A DNA stretch of 64,000 nt from Eledone cirrhosa (Eukaryota), in NCBI GenBank assembly GCA_964016885.1, contig OZ024741.1, forward strand, positions 191,146,001 to 191,210,000, written 5' to 3'. Under the pieces are notes generated by a model, which ran no database searches, was not told the DNA's origin, and saw nothing but the letters and a program-made list of their open reading frames with translations. Shown piece after piece: positions 40,815-53,760 of this stretch; the first letter of the stretch is position 1; the number at the start of each line of letters is the position of its first letter. A program made the position numbers and the translations under genes.

Positions 40815-42490
40815 CCAAGGTTATGAAGGTCACAGAAAGAGATATAGCAAAGCTGATTAAGGATGGACTTAACCTAGTTTGGATTTGTGCCAGCAGAAGG
40901 AGTGATACCTAGCTAAAAGTAAATCCCTCTACTTGGCATTTGTTGACCTGGAGAAAGCTTTTGACAGAGACCCCTGTTCCATTATTTAGTGAGCTCTGGA
41001 TTGGGCGGTGGATTGGCAGTATCGGTAGAGAGTCGGACGCCATGCTTTCCAGCATAGTTACGTCCCTTTACGATCTGAGTTCAAATCCCGCCGAGGTTGA
41101 CTTTGCCTTTCATCCTTACGGGGTCGATAAAATAAAGTACCAGTAATGCACTGGGTAATTGCTGGCCTTGTGCCTAAAATAGAAACAATTATTTAGTGAG
41201 CTCTTAGAAAACTAGGAGTAGATGAGTGGCTTGTGAAGGTAGTACAAGCCATGTATAGAAGAATAGACAGCAAGATCAGAATTAAAAATGACTATAGTGA
41301 AGGATTTAGTGTGCAGGTTGGTATCCATCAAGGCTCAGTTCTTAACCCTCTCCTGTTTATTATCACCCTGCAGGCTATAACGGAGGAGTTTAAGACTGGC
41401 TGTGATTTGGAACTTCTGTAGGTAGATGACCTAACCCTTATAGCTGAATCTATGGCAGAGAATTATAGAAGAAATTGCAAACCTGGAAGCATGGCTTAGA
41501 ATCAAAAGGTCTTAAAGTTAACTTGTCATAAAAAGGCCTTGCTTAGTGTGTAGAAAAGGAGTAGGTAGTAATTCCATCCCATGTTCCAAATGCAAAATAT
41601 AGCCAGTTGCCAGAGTGAAAATGGGTTGGAACTGTTCAGGGATTTACTACTACTGCTAAATACAAAATGTTTTTTCCTCAATATGAAGGGTAGATGCATG
41701 TATAAAAACAGCAACCTGGGCACTGTGTGCAGAGAACTGTGAAGATGGGGAAAAAAATGAAGCTTCCAAAGCATAAATGAACTGAGAGAGAAACTGGGCA
41801 TAAGAGGGAACAGATGCAGTGTGCAGGAGAGGAGATTGCATTGGTGTGGACATGTGATGTGTATGAAGGATGACAGCTGTATAAAAAGGTGCAGAGTGCT
41901 CAAAGTTGATGGAAGCTATGGAGTAGGAAGACTTAGGAAGACTTGGGATGAGGTGATAAAAGCTGACCTTGTACAATTGCACCTCTCAAAGGTGATGACT
42001 GAGGACTGTGATCTCTGGCATTATGTAGTAATACAGAAGACCTGCCTTCTTATGTGCACAGGTTGTGGCACCACTTCCATACATCTCCCACATCGTAACG
42101 CCCACCCCATCATAACACCCTACCCACAGCCATGCCCCTAGATCTGCCTCCCCAATCCCCATTCACCTCCCCCACACAAGTCAACAGACCACACTGTAAA
42201 GTGGTCATATTAGTGCCACGACAAAGAGCACTCAGTCCACACTGTGAAGTGATCGTATAGGTCTCACAACAAAAAGCAGCCAGCCCACAATGTAAATGTG
42301 GTTGGTATTAGGAAGGGCATCCAGCATCCAGCCGTAGAAAAATGTCAAAATCAGTTCTTCATGAGTATGACACAGTCACCCGACTTGGCTTGGAAAATGG
42401 ATGTTAAACAGTGATGATGAGGATAATGATGATGTCGATGAGGATAATGATGATGTCGATGAGGATAATGATGATGATGATGATGATGAT
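40815..42490 (+). mobile_element. heavily deleted RTE-A LINE with a nested SINE
   Basis: AFVDLEKAFD-like at 40935; HQGSVLNPLLF; RRLHWCGHVM; 3' UTR and (GAT)-type tail. Confidence 0.85.
40998..41187 (+). mobile_element. young tRNA-derived SINE with 17-bp TSD
   Basis: ATTATTTAGTGAGCTCT at 40981-40997 and 41188-41204; GAGTTCAAATCC B-box. Confidence 0.93.
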
Positions 42491-42584
42491 ATATATATAT
42501 ATTTATTTATTTATTTATAAACAACAAAGCCAAATTTTTAGCTTTTTTTAAGTGCTGAGAATGTATATATATATATATATATAT

Positions 42585-42806
42585 AAGTATAGAGAATGGT
42601 GTGCTCAAGCACAGAGATGCTGTAAAATAGCTTATAAAATAGGGAGAAGACCCTTAAAAGACAGAAAAAGAAGTTACCATTGGAAATGAACCTCATTATC
42701 TGGGAGATATTGGATTCAATTCTTCATAACAGCCGATGGCAACTTCTTTTTCCATCATTTAAGGGTCTTCACCCTATTTTATATAACATCTCTGCACTTG
42801 AGCATT
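42585..42806. repeat. fold-back mini-element 3 (degenerate inverted repeat) between (TA)n tracts
   Basis: tgctcaagcacagagatg...ataaaataggg.gaagacccttaaa...gaaaaagaagtt.ccat.gg (42602-42683) versus its reverse complement 42733-42804; no intact hammerhead core found. Confidence 0.75.
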
Positions 42807-42819
42807 TACATATATATAT

Positions 42820-43093
42820 ATATTTATTAAAATAACAGATTAAAGTTTAAGTAAAGAATCACTGCTTTCACCCTTAATGGGATCTTCTGAAACTTCCGGT
42901 CTTCCTCCGGTTGCAACGTTTTTTGAAATATTCACTTCTGCGTTTACAGATTGACTTTGTTAGTTTCAGAAGATCCCGTTAAGGGTGAAAGCAGCGATTC
43001 TTTGCTTAAACTTTAATCTGTTATTTTAATAAATATTTGCTCTACGGTTCTTATATATTTGATATATATTTATCCTTATCGAGCCCTCTTTGG
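42820..43093 (+). mobile_element. fold-back mini-element 4 in (TA)n
   Basis: 75-bp arms 42820-42894 and 42962-43036 (3 mismatches), 67-nt spacer, unique 3' tail. Confidence 0.85.
42962..43012 (+). ncRNA. hammerhead-like motif with variant core CAGAAGA
   Basis: AGTTT-CAGAAGA-tCCC gttaa GGGt-GAAA-GCA..TGC-TT/AAACT; stems I, II and III all pair; U4A and a U.U pair at the base of stem II are non-canonical. Confidence 0.55.
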
Positions 43094-43121
43094 ATATATA
43101 TATATATATATATAAAAGTTA

Positions 43122-43166
43122 TTCCTGATGACTTCTCACGAATGAAACAGTTCTAGTCCTGTAGAA
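43122..43166 (+). ncRNA. stand-alone degenerate hammerhead between (TA)n tracts
   Basis: TTC-CTGATGA(43125-31)-cTTC tcac GAAt-GAAA(43144-47)-CAG..CTG-TA/GAA. Confidence 0.55.
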
Positions 43167-43182
43167 GCTCTTCTATATTAAA

Positions 43183-43215
<33 letters not shown>

Positions 43216-45904
43216 CATATGTATTAGCATGTACACACTCATACACATATAAGCTCACATGTACTTACATATGTAAAACCGTAATACTCACACAGGCACT
43301 TAATAATTAATATAAATATAATAGATCATAGATACACACCACAGCAATGTCATTTAAACCAAAATAATCCCATGACATAGTCTACAACAGCTGCTTCTCT
43401 AAGTTAAACAAAAGTTTGCCTAATCTTTTTCTTTCTGATACTTTTGTAAAATTTCAAAAGGTATCAATAATATTTTGAAAGAGGAAAGCAAATAGCTTTG
43501 GACTAGATGTGGTGGTAGGCAGTGGTTTATTGAGAATAAATAGCCAGCTTACCAGCTGTGATGGGTGGTGGTGGTGGAGGTTTGTTGAGAGCAAGTAGAA
43601 GATGATGTGGTGGAAGCTGGTAGTTTATTTAAAGTAGTTTATACTAATCAGTGGGGAATATTTTCATTTGATCAGGGGGCCACACATTCTGGAAAAATAA
43701 GACCACAAAAATAAACAAAAACATGACTGCTCTACGATCCTCTGACACACACACATGTACACACACATACATACATACACACATAGATTCACACACACAC
43801 ACACATGCACACACACACATACACAGACACAGATGCACACACAAACATGCACAAGCACACACACACACACACAACAGTTTTCCATTAGGAGTCTGTGGAA
43901 CACGATGGAGGGAATAGTTTGTTATAAATCCAAACAGGAAGACATTTACTTTTAAACTGATGTGTAGTAAAACTGATTCTTGGTTATTTATCTAAGATTT
44001 CTTTTATTTTACTTTGAAATAAAAGTTCATTAAAGATTTCTATTTGGATCTGTCAATCAAAGGAATTGTTACAAAGATAACATTGATGGAACATTCCTAA
44101 AACTGTGGAATTTACCAATGTTTACTTCTATCTTTATATATCACTAAGACTGTTAGTTGCCTTTATTAGAACATAAACAAATTTGAACCAAACCCGCGAA
44201 CTCAACCAAATGTTGATCATAATCCTACAATCAATCCCATCCACTATACATATACTGCACAAGTCATAAATCAAATTCAAACATGCCCTTCAAAACCACA
44301 CCCCAGCCCTACCATTAAAACAACAACCAACCTGTTCCAATTGTTGGATATGGTTGACAGACATCATCAGGCTACAGCCATCATAATACATTGTTATTAT
44401 TTTTTTACCTCCTCTTTCTAACATTTAGCAGTAAGCTTAACCTGTCTTGGGGAAGTTTAGCAGGGTCCACAAGACTTAATAGCCTGTTTAACACCATACT
44501 TGGAAAAGTGTAATGGAGTCCACCGGGCTGGTAAACTTAATCTGTAGTTTGTCTTAACTCCATTACTAGTTGGTCACTGGAGAACTTCAGCATACACTTG
44601 AGACCTAATCAGTTGCCTGGTTTAACAGCACTACCACCTGTTCCTTGGAGAAGAAGTGGGGGTGGGGTGATAGAACTAATCTGTTACCTGGTTTAACACT
44701 ATTGCCTGAAAGTTGGGGAACTTTAATAGAGTTGACAAAAACATGCAGAGCAAGTTTCTGTTTTTCTTCCTTTTCTCTCACCAGTCTTCATGGAAGTCCC
44801 ACAAAAATATTATAGATGCTGCCCATCTTCCTTAAACTAAGTCAGCATTATTACTGTTTAACTTCTATTGTTCGTGCTTGCATAGATTAGCTGGGCTTTA
44901 ATGTTGTGAGGCATATGTCGGAGAGGTGACCCCCACCTCTAATGGCTTTTCTGGGAGGACAGTGGCTCCAATTAAGTACTGGCTTAGTCTGTGATAACCT
45001 GTCCAACCCATGCCATTATTGAAGAATGGATGTCATTATCACATTTCTAATGAAAGAAACAGCCTGTGATTTTCCTATGATCAAGAATTTAGAGGAATGA
45101 AACACTATAACAAACTTTGTTATTATTAAGCGAGTGTTTGGAACATTACTTAACAAACGTTCTTACATAAAATTATGATTTTAGATAAACATAAACACTT
45201 AAGAATAAACAACTTTGTATCATAGAAATAAGGGTTGTTTCAAGTGGATTGATTTCAAAAGGGTTAAATGGTGATGATTGGGTGTTGATAGAAGTGTTTG
45301 ATAAGTTGAATAACCATGATGAGTGAAGAATCTACGTTTCTCCACTTCTTACAGCAATTGTACTTGCTGCAGTCTCGCAGCAACTAATTGGGGACAACAG
45401 ACCATCTCTTGTTTGCTTGGATTTTAGATTTTTTTATAAAAAGAGCTTGCAAAACAAATACATCGCCGCTAGATATTTTACAGTCCTATATTAAACTTTA
45501 ACTGTTAATTAGAGTTTTATTTATGAACTAGACCTTCAAGGAACAGTTCATGACAAAACCTGCTGCACAAATCTTGATCTGCTTGTCTCCATACTTTGTT
45601 TCCATACAGATGTAGAAAATAGAGTTTTTAAAAAACGTCCCTGAAATTTGTTCCTTGCAAAGAGAAACAATGCAAAATTTCTGAAGTGCTCCTGATCACA
45701 AAAGCCTAGCAACAGGCCTGAATCTCAGAAAACAATTTCATGTTTGTGGATATGTTTATTAATTATATTTGTTATTGTGTAATACATTTTAATATATTAT
45801 ATGAAATATGATATAGTTATATAGGGTGCATAAATCAGGCTGTAGAACCACTTCTTCTCCACATCATGGGATCACAGCTCCAATACTAAGAATATAGGAT
45901 TAAA

Positions 45905-46095
45905 ATGTCTAAGGAAAGAATTGCTGGACAGATTTTATGGACAAAGCCAACTGGCAGAAGACCCAGAGATAGACCATAAGTAAGATTGTTGGATAATATC
46001 CATAAGCTTAGTTGGTCCCACTTGAGGTGCTTCTGATAGAATCCTTTGAATGCCTGTTTAAGGACTCTACCCCAATGACTCTCTCATAAATATGA
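45905..46095 (+). mobile_element. 3' end fragment of RTE family C
   Basis: aggaaagaattgctggacagatttta...caactggca.gagacccaga matches 6095-6160. Confidence 0.75.
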
Positions 46096-46566
46096 AAGAA
46101 GAAGAAAATATATAGTTATATTTGGGTAATATCTAAATCTGTTTATGACAGATTCAAGCTAGACAGAATGACTTCATCTTTGCTTCCATATTTAATAATT
46201 ATATGTTATTGCGCAGTATATTTTCATGAATCACTGTCTACAGTTTCTGTTTCTTTTCAAATTGGAGTTTTTTTTAATAAGTTCAGTTGTTGGAGAGCTA
46301 GTAGGATTCATTTGCAATGAGATGCTTATTATTGCTACTTATTCAGTTCTCCACTCTGAAATAATTAATGATTAACTTAGAATGTTGAAATTTTTCATAA
46401 GAGACACTTGGCTAAAAATAACTACCTGCTACTTACATTTCACTTCTCAACTTCCTCAAATTTCTTGCATCAATAAAACAAAATATTTCACAAATTTTAC
46501 ACACACTAGTTCTTCATTTAATGAATTGTTGACAAAATGATCTAATTACTTTTAAGTTTTCATGTG

Positions 46567-46800
46567 TGAAGATGCATGGCCTAATGGTCATAATGTAGGT
46601 TTCATTTCCAGACTGGATGGTACGTTGTGTTCTTGAGGAAAACAATTTTACATTGCTCCAGTACATTCAGCTGCAAATAAGTACCAGCAGTAAACGAGAG
46701 TTAACCTTGCAATGGACAGGCATCCTGTCCAGGGAGAAGTCTTGTACTCTCTGTCACTTGATGCCAATGAAACTGGGCTTGGGATAGTCTTTTTAACTCT
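46567..46800 (+). mobile_element. CORE-type SINE, degenerate
   Basis: gcatggcctaatggt A-box-like start; gtgttcttgag...acattgctccagt..a.tcagctg core; related to 53590-53760. Confidence 0.6.
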
Positions 46801-46914
46801 CATGAGTGAGGTTTATATTTTTTTTATTTTTGTTAACTCTGTATCAAGATAAACAAATTGTATGTATGTATTTATGTATATATGTATGCATGAATGCATG
46901 TATGTATGTAATGC

Positions 46915-47235
46915 CCTGGTGTATCTTTCGAAATGATCGGTGTCTCCATTGAATTGAAGTGCCCTGAGTGTGGAAAGATTTGCTTGAGCAAATCTGGTCT
47001 GAGGAGCCACAGTCACAGCCATGTTTAAAGAGAACCAGTGAACTATGATCTCCACGGTATTGTGAGCATTCACAGGCAACCTGATGCCAGGCAACCTCAA
47101 GCCAGGGAGATCCATAGTTGTCGTCAGTGTGTGAAGGAGTGCAAGTCTGTAGCAGGCTTGAAAAGCCATATTCGAGCATCACACATCTGAATCTGACAGA
47201 CGATTGCAATACTCTTGGCAGAGTTTGCAGCCATC

Positions 47236-47236
<1 letters not shown>
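46915..47236 (+). mobile_element. 3' end of BovB-like RTE (two C2H2 fingers) between tetranucleotide repeats
   Basis: closely similar to 52325-52645; ends gcagccatcat followed by (ATCT)n. Confidence 0.88.
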
Positions 47237-47268
<32 letters not shown>

Positions 47269-47332
47269 CCTATCTATCTATCTATATATATATAATGATA
47301 ATGCAAGGACAATTTGTTAAGCCTTCATTATG

Positions 47333-47507
47333 TTTGTATTGGTAGAGAGTCGGACACCATGCTTTCCAGCATAGTTACGTCCCTTTACAGTCTGTGTTCA
47401 AATCCCGCCGAGGTTTACTTTGCCTTTCATCCTTACGGGGTCGACAAAATAAAGTACCAGTAATACACTGGGTAATTGCTGGCCTTGTGCCTAAACTAGA
47501 AACAATT
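47333..47507 (+). mobile_element. 5'-truncated tRNA-derived SINE
   Basis: family body; attatgttt on both sides. Confidence 0.85.
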
Positions 47508-48634
47508 ATGTTTATTGATTCACATTTTGCTATTGAACAGCTCAAGGTTCGATCTGTATCGATCTTGCCCGACTCTGGAATCAAAAGCCTGTCGGACCTC
47601 TGCTGTTGTAATGACAGAATGAACATATAAAGCATAGAAATGTCTGTAACGTTTTGCGTTGGTATGGTGGTCAGTTTATGTTGTTTTGATTGGTGGTGTA
47701 GCTATGAGGAATGTTTTGGCATGTGTGATAGGTGGGGAGGGGGGGGTGAGCATAGTGCCGAGGTGGTGGAGATGGTGAGGAGCGATGGTTGATGGGAGTT
47801 GCAGGGGTGTGGTGTTTTGGCCAGCCATAGACATGTTGGTGTGTACGTGGTGGGGCGGAGGTGTTGTATGTGGTGTGGATGTGGTAGGGCTGTATGTGAT
47901 GGGAGATGAAAGAGTGTGATGCTGTACTAGAGGTGGGGGTGTGGGTTTCTACTGGTCATCAGTTTGTCACAGAAGAGTGAGTGGATAGGAAGGAGGGCAG
48001 ACATAATTGAGGTAAGTTATACTAGGTTGGGGTGGGGCTTATTTGTAAGCTGTTTAGACATCGTTAAAGGGGATTTGCACTATAAAGAATTAATGAAATA
48101 ATGAAAATTGTATGATGTTAGTGTTTGAAAATATATATAAAGCATTAATGAAATGAAGAATTATGGTATGAGGTTAGTGTTTGAGAAGACTATAAAAGAG
48201 ACTATAATGAAATTTTTATAAGAAAAACTTTTTGGAGAGGTTGCTAAAACACTGTGGGTAGAGGCAAAATACCCTGTTCAGTGCATATTGTGTGAAAAGA
48301 ATATAAAAAGGAAAATAAATATACATGTTTATACATGCACCCAGGGACATATGCGCATGGATGCACATCCACACATGCATCAATGTAAATATATATACAG
48401 TCATGCATCACCCCACAGAGGCATATACCTTGAGCCAGATGGACATACATTACTAGATGTGTCTGCTTGTGGAAGGGGATACGGAAAGTCCACACTGGTC
48501 ATCCTGCACTCCCACACTGGCACAACCAGCTCACATACATATACGAATTATAGGTATTTTCGGACACAGCGTCCCATGCATGTATCGTACATATGTCTAC
48601 GTCTCCACATGTGTACATGCTAACGAAATATGCT

Positions 48635-51600
48635 CATAGTCCGGGGGCCCATACTATATGGCTGTGCAGGGTGCAGGCAAACACATATGTACATATATAC
48701 ATACACACTCACACACCCATATATATAAAGAAGATCTGCTTTGGTGTTGAGGGAACGCAATCGCTATAACATGGACATCGTTGCTCTTTCAGAAATGAGA
48801 TTGGCAGATGAGGGTCAATTCTCAGAACAGAAGGGAGGATATACCTTCTATTGGAGTGGTAGAGCAGAGGGTTGTAGGAGAGAGGCAGGGGTTGCATTTG
48901 CTGTCAAGAATAGAATCGTCTCAAAGCTGGAAAATCTTCCTTGGGGATTCAATGATCGAATAATGTCCACGAGAGTCCCTCTGATTCAAAACCTCTTTTG
49001 TGACTCTGGTCAGTATGTGTGCCAGTGATGATGAAAAACTAAATTTCTACATGTCTTTGAAAGAGGTCATCCATGGTACACCTTATGCAGACAAGATTGT
49101 CATCCTTGGTGATTTTAATGCACATGTTGGTAATGACTGGGAAGCTTGGAATGTGATGGGCAAGCATGGTGTAGGTAAGTGCAATAACAATGGCCTACTT
49201 GTGTTGCAGATGTGCACTGAGATGGATCTTGTTGTTGGGAACATGCTCTTTCAGCAGAAAGACAAATATAAGACAACTTGGATGCATCCAGGATCCAAGA
49301 AGTTTTAATGAGGAAACATTATATCAGGGATAACACATTGGTTCGTGTATTGCGAGGCGCGGAATGTTGGACTGACCATCGTCTGGTGCGCGCCAAATTT
49401 CAATTTGTTGTGAAGCCCAAAGTAAGGGGGAAGAAGGTTGCACTTGCAAAACAACTAAACATGGCTCGTCTGAAAACAGAGGAAGTCAGAGCTGAGCTGT
49501 CGAAGTCCCTTGAGTCCATGGAATGTGAAAACATGCGGGAATCATTGAAGAAAACCGTCTATGATGTTAGTGGTGGAGTTTTGGGTCATACCAGTAGAAA
49601 GCATAAAGACTGGTTTGATGAAAATGATGCAGTGATCCAGACCTTGCCTGAGGAGAAACAAAAAGTGCTGACAACATTGTTGTGGGAGACACGTTCTGAC
49701 AGGAGCAACTGGACCTTCAGGCAGATCAAGGCACATGTGCAACATTGATTGAGAGTCTTGTAGGATACCTGGTGGAGTAAAAAGGCTCATGAAATCCAGA
49801 AAGCCTGAGATAGACATGATACAAAGCTCTTATACAATCTGCTCAGGTCCACAAATATCATCACTTCGCTCCAGTGACGGCAAGGAATTGCTCAGAGATC
49901 TGAAGGAAATCCTGATCAGGTGGCATGACCACTTTGATGAGCTCCTCAACAGATCATCAGAAATTGATGATGAGTTCATCCGGTCGATTCCATCCAGACC
50001 TACAAAGCTGGCAATGGCTGATCCTCCATTTGATGAGGTGGCGAAGGCCATTGCCAAATTAAACAGCGGCAAGTAACCTAGAATGGATGGACTGAGTGCC
50101 AAGATTTTGAAGAGTGCTGGTGATAACTTCTTAGACCGCCTCACTGTTCTTTTTGTAAATGTTTGGAATGAAGATGTACCACAGGACTGGAAAGATGCAT
50201 TGATGGTGGTATTTTACAAAGGATAGGGAGCCAAAGGTGACTGTGGCAACTGCAGAAGTATCTCACTGCTATCTATGGCTGGGAGGATCTTGTGCAGGAT
50301 TTTGTTGGACAGATTGATACAGCACATTGCTGTTGAGGTACTTCCCAATGTGGCTTTAGGAATGGCAGAGGCACTGTTGACATGATCTTCTCGGCCAGAC
50401 AACTTCAAGAGAAATGCATTGAGCAGCACATGGATTTATATCAAGTTTTTGTCGATCTGACCAAGGCATTTGACGCCATTAATCAGAAGGCTTTGTGGGT
50501 TATTTTGGAGTGATTGGGCTGTCCTGAAAAGTTTGTGAACATACTGAAACTCTTCCATGATGACATGCAGGCATGGGTGAATGTTGGAGGTAAACTGTCT
50601 GAGCTAATCTCGGTTGAAAATAGTGTCAAGCAAGGTGATATACCTGCACTGACTTTGTTTGCCTTGTATTTCGCAATGGTGTTCTTCATGGCCTTCAAGG
50701 ATTGTCAACATGGTATCTATCTCAGATATCGCACCTCCGGCAAGCTCTTTAACTTCAGGCATCTTACTGTCAACACTAAGGTACTGAGCACCTTAACCTA
50801 TATGCAGATGATTGTGATCTCTTTGCACACTCCCAGAGTGCAACACCATATGAATTCTTTTTCCAATGTGTGCAGCGCATTGGGACCGACAATCAGTCTG
50901 AAGAAGACTGCCGTCATGTACCAACCTGCTCTGGATAAAGTTTACAATGAACCCTACATATGTAGCGAAATCTGTCTGCGCCTTGAACCTTGGGTGACAC
51001 CTAAAAGTCAAATTCTGGGTCATCACCCTTTTGGTGTGAACAGGTTGATGCGTTGGCTATCCCCTCAAGGTGGGAGACAGGAAGTGACAGCTATATATAG
51101 ACCTGTATCATCCTACTTTAGCCAGAGACATCGGAGCATTATGTTAGCAACTAACTATGTAAGGATTCACTGCTATCAACAGACCCCAGTCGTCTACAGA
51201 AATAGAGACATCGGAGCACTCCACTACAGAACAAGCTATGTGAAAGATTCACCACTATCAACAGACCCCATGAAGTCTACAGATACACACAGAGAGATTG
51301 GAGCTCTACTACTACAGACCATGTACAAGCCACAGTGGTCTACAACCAATTACAGACCATTCAGAGGTATACAAACCATTACTCTCTCTTACGCACTACG
51401 GTCTCAGAATTACTACCACGGACTCCAAATAACAACATTATCTGTTTGCTCGCTGTTTTCGCATCAACAACAATAACAAAATTAACAACTCTTTGTAACT
51501 GTTTTATATGTACTTTTTAATTGATTCACGTGAAGTAAACCATATATAACCAAATCATTTATTCTTTATATTCTCGTTATTACATTTATTCTTATTACTT

Positions 51601-52638
51601 TTGTTATTTCAACAATAACCGTGTTAATCAATTTAATAACTTCTTACTAATACCCTTCGTTAAACAGATACGTATACGGTCAAAAGCTAAAGGCTGCTGA
51701 CACATTTGTGTATTTGGGGAGTACCCTGAGTGTGACCTGCTCTCTTGGTCTATGTGTTAGTAAGGCAAGTGAGTCATTTGGAAGGCTCAGCGACCATCTT
51801 TGGTACAGGCGAGGAATCACAATGGGGACCAAGGTGAGAGTGCATGCTGCATGTGTACTGTCAGCTTTGCTGTATGCATGTGAGACATGGGTTGTTTACA
51901 AATGGCATATTCATAGACTGGAACGGTTTCACTAGTAGTCTCTCAGAAAGATCCTAGGTATCAAGTGGCAGATGCATGTGAGTGATGTTGAGGTCCTTGA
52001 GAGAAGTGAATGTCGGAGCATTGAAAGTATCCACCAATGGCGTTTGCGATGGACCAGACACCTCTACAGAATGGAGGATGATTGAATCCCAAAAAAGCTC
52101 TTGTATGGCAAGCTTTGTGAGGGTAAGAGACCACCTCACAAGCCAAGGCTCCAATTCAAGGATTGTGTAAAGGACTCATTGAAAAAAATGGTTTGATGGT
52201 GGCTGACTGGGAAATAGAAGCTCTTGAAAGAGAAACTTGGCATGGAATGGTGAATGATGGGGTCCATAATTTTGAGACAGACACATAGAGCACGAGAAGA
52301 TCAAACGAGATGTGTGTAAGCAATGTGCTGGTGTATCCCTCGAAATGATCAGTGTCTCCATTGAATTGAAGTGCCCTGAGTGTGGAAAAATTTGCTTGAG
52401 CAAATCTGGTCTCAGGAGCCACAGTCGCAGCCATGTTCAAAGAGAACCAGTGAACTATGATCACCACAGTATTGTGAGGGTTCACAGGCAACCTGATGCA
52501 AGACCTCAAGCCAGTGAGATCCATAGTTGTCGTCAGTGTGTGACGGAGTGCAAGTCTCTAGCAGACTTGAAAAGCCATATCCGAGCATCACACATCTGAA
52601 TCTGATAAGCGATTGCAATACGCTTGGCAGAGTTTGCA

Positions 52639-52645
<7 letters not shown>
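48635..52645 (+). mobile_element. near full-length BovB-like RTE LINE, decayed, with C-terminal C2H2 zinc fingers
   Basis: DIVALSE.R, YTFYWSG, GVAFAV, LGDFNAHVG, TTWMHP.SK, AECWTDHRLVR, VKQG...A.TLF, YLGSTLS, LLYACETW; CPECGKICLSKSGLRSHSRSH. Confidence 0.9.
50961..51666 (+). mobile_element. probable solo LTR inserted in the BovB-like RT region
   Basis: TGTAGCG...AAACA ends; CATA/GATA imperfect 4-bp TSD; TATA-like at ~51092; three internal ~85-bp repeats (agagacatcggagca); LINE peptide EPYI|..GQKL resumes afterwards. Confidence 0.65.
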
Positions 52646-52691
<46 letters not shown>

Positions 52692-52694
<3 letters not shown>

Positions 52695-53007
52695 GGTGTT
52701 GGATGCTTAAAGCGTCCGTAAGCGGTAGACCGTTTGAGCACTTGATCCTCTTACAGAGCAGAGTATGATATCACATAAGAAGCAGAGAATCAGTGTTGCG
52801 ACGAATAAAATATTTATTTACAATCGTTTCTTTGGCAACCAGCTCAAGGCACGATCGATGTAATGATCATATCTGAGGAACTTGCAATTTCAGAGTCAGG
52901 TTCGATCACTACATCGATCGTGCCTCGAGCTGGTCACCAGAGAAACGATTGTAATATGTCTAATAAATGTTATTCGTCGCACCACTGATTCTCCGTTTCT
53001 TATGTGG

Positions 53008-53010
<3 letters not shown>
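52692..53010. mobile_element. fold-back mini-element 5 in (TA)n
   Basis: arms ~52772-52868 and ~52904-53006; unique extension on the left (minus-strand tail). Confidence 0.8.
52868..52958 (+). ncRNA. degenerate hammerhead with a long stem II region
   Basis: CATAT-CTGAGGA(52873-79)...GAAA(52942-45)-C-GATT-G-TA/ATATG; the base of stem II pairs poorly. Confidence 0.55.
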
Positions 53011-53039
<29 letters not shown>

Positions 53040-53166
53040 TACACATATATATTCATATATATATATATATATATATACATACATACATACATATGGTACT
53101 CATGTACCCATATTAATATATATATATCACCGAAATGCGATTCTTGCTGAATTTATATATATATAT

Positions 53167-53167
<1 letters not shown>

Positions 53168-53204
<37 letters not shown>

Positions 53205-53590
53205 TTTACGTCCGCTTTTCCCTGCTTGCAAGGGTGGGACATGACAGATCGGGGTACCCTATCAAAGGCCTTCTCTAGCTCAACAAAGGCTAAGTATAGT
53301 GGCTTATTTTTCTCTAGTGGCATATTTTTCACCAAGAAGAGGGCATCTGTTGTACTCTTCCCAGGCACAAAACCAAACTGCATCTCATCTAGTTTGACCC
53401 TTATATATATATATATCATCATTTCATCATCATTTCATTTTACGTCCGCTTTTTCCCTGCTTGCAAGGGTGGGACGGGAACTGATGCTGGCTTGATTTCT
53501 AAAGCTGGATGCCCTTCCTAACACCAACCTCATTTACAGTGAGTGCTGGGTGCTTTTTTGCCGTGGCACCTCCACGACCACTTTGCAGTG
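53168..53590 (-). mobile_element. two short chimeric RTE fragments with (GAT)n tails
   Basis: family-B tail at 53205 and 53440; RT piece QFGFVPGKSTTDALF...AFVELEKAFD joined directly to the tail. Confidence 0.7.
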
Positions 53591-53760
53591 GAATGATATG
53601 GACCCCAGTCCCTATCATCTCATTTCTACAGCTGAGTAAACTGGAGCAATGTGAAATAAAGTGTCTTGCTCAAGGAAACAACACATTACCCGGTCTGAGA
53701 ATTGAACTCACAACCTTTCGATTGCAAGGCCAATGTTCTAACCACTAAGCCATGTGCCTC
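53590..53760 (-). mobile_element. CORE-type tRNA SINE
   Basis: minus strand: ggaggcacatggcttagtggttaga (A-box)...gagttcaattc (B-box)...ccttgagcaagacactttatttcacattgctccag. Confidence 0.8.

Noticed and set aside
43644-43955. Cys/Val- and His/Thr-rich ORFs (also the YIYI, poly-M and poly-H ORFs elsewhere)
   Set aside because: Translations of (CA)n, (TA)n and (CAT)n microsatellites
50514-51476. 320-aa ORF as a novel RT fusion protein
   Set aside because: Chance read-through from a frameshifted BovB-like RT into the inserted LTR-like sequence
52312-52599. Host C2H2 zinc-finger gene
   Set aside because: It is the C-terminus of the RTE ORF; a second copy at 46915-47236 has the same retro-tail
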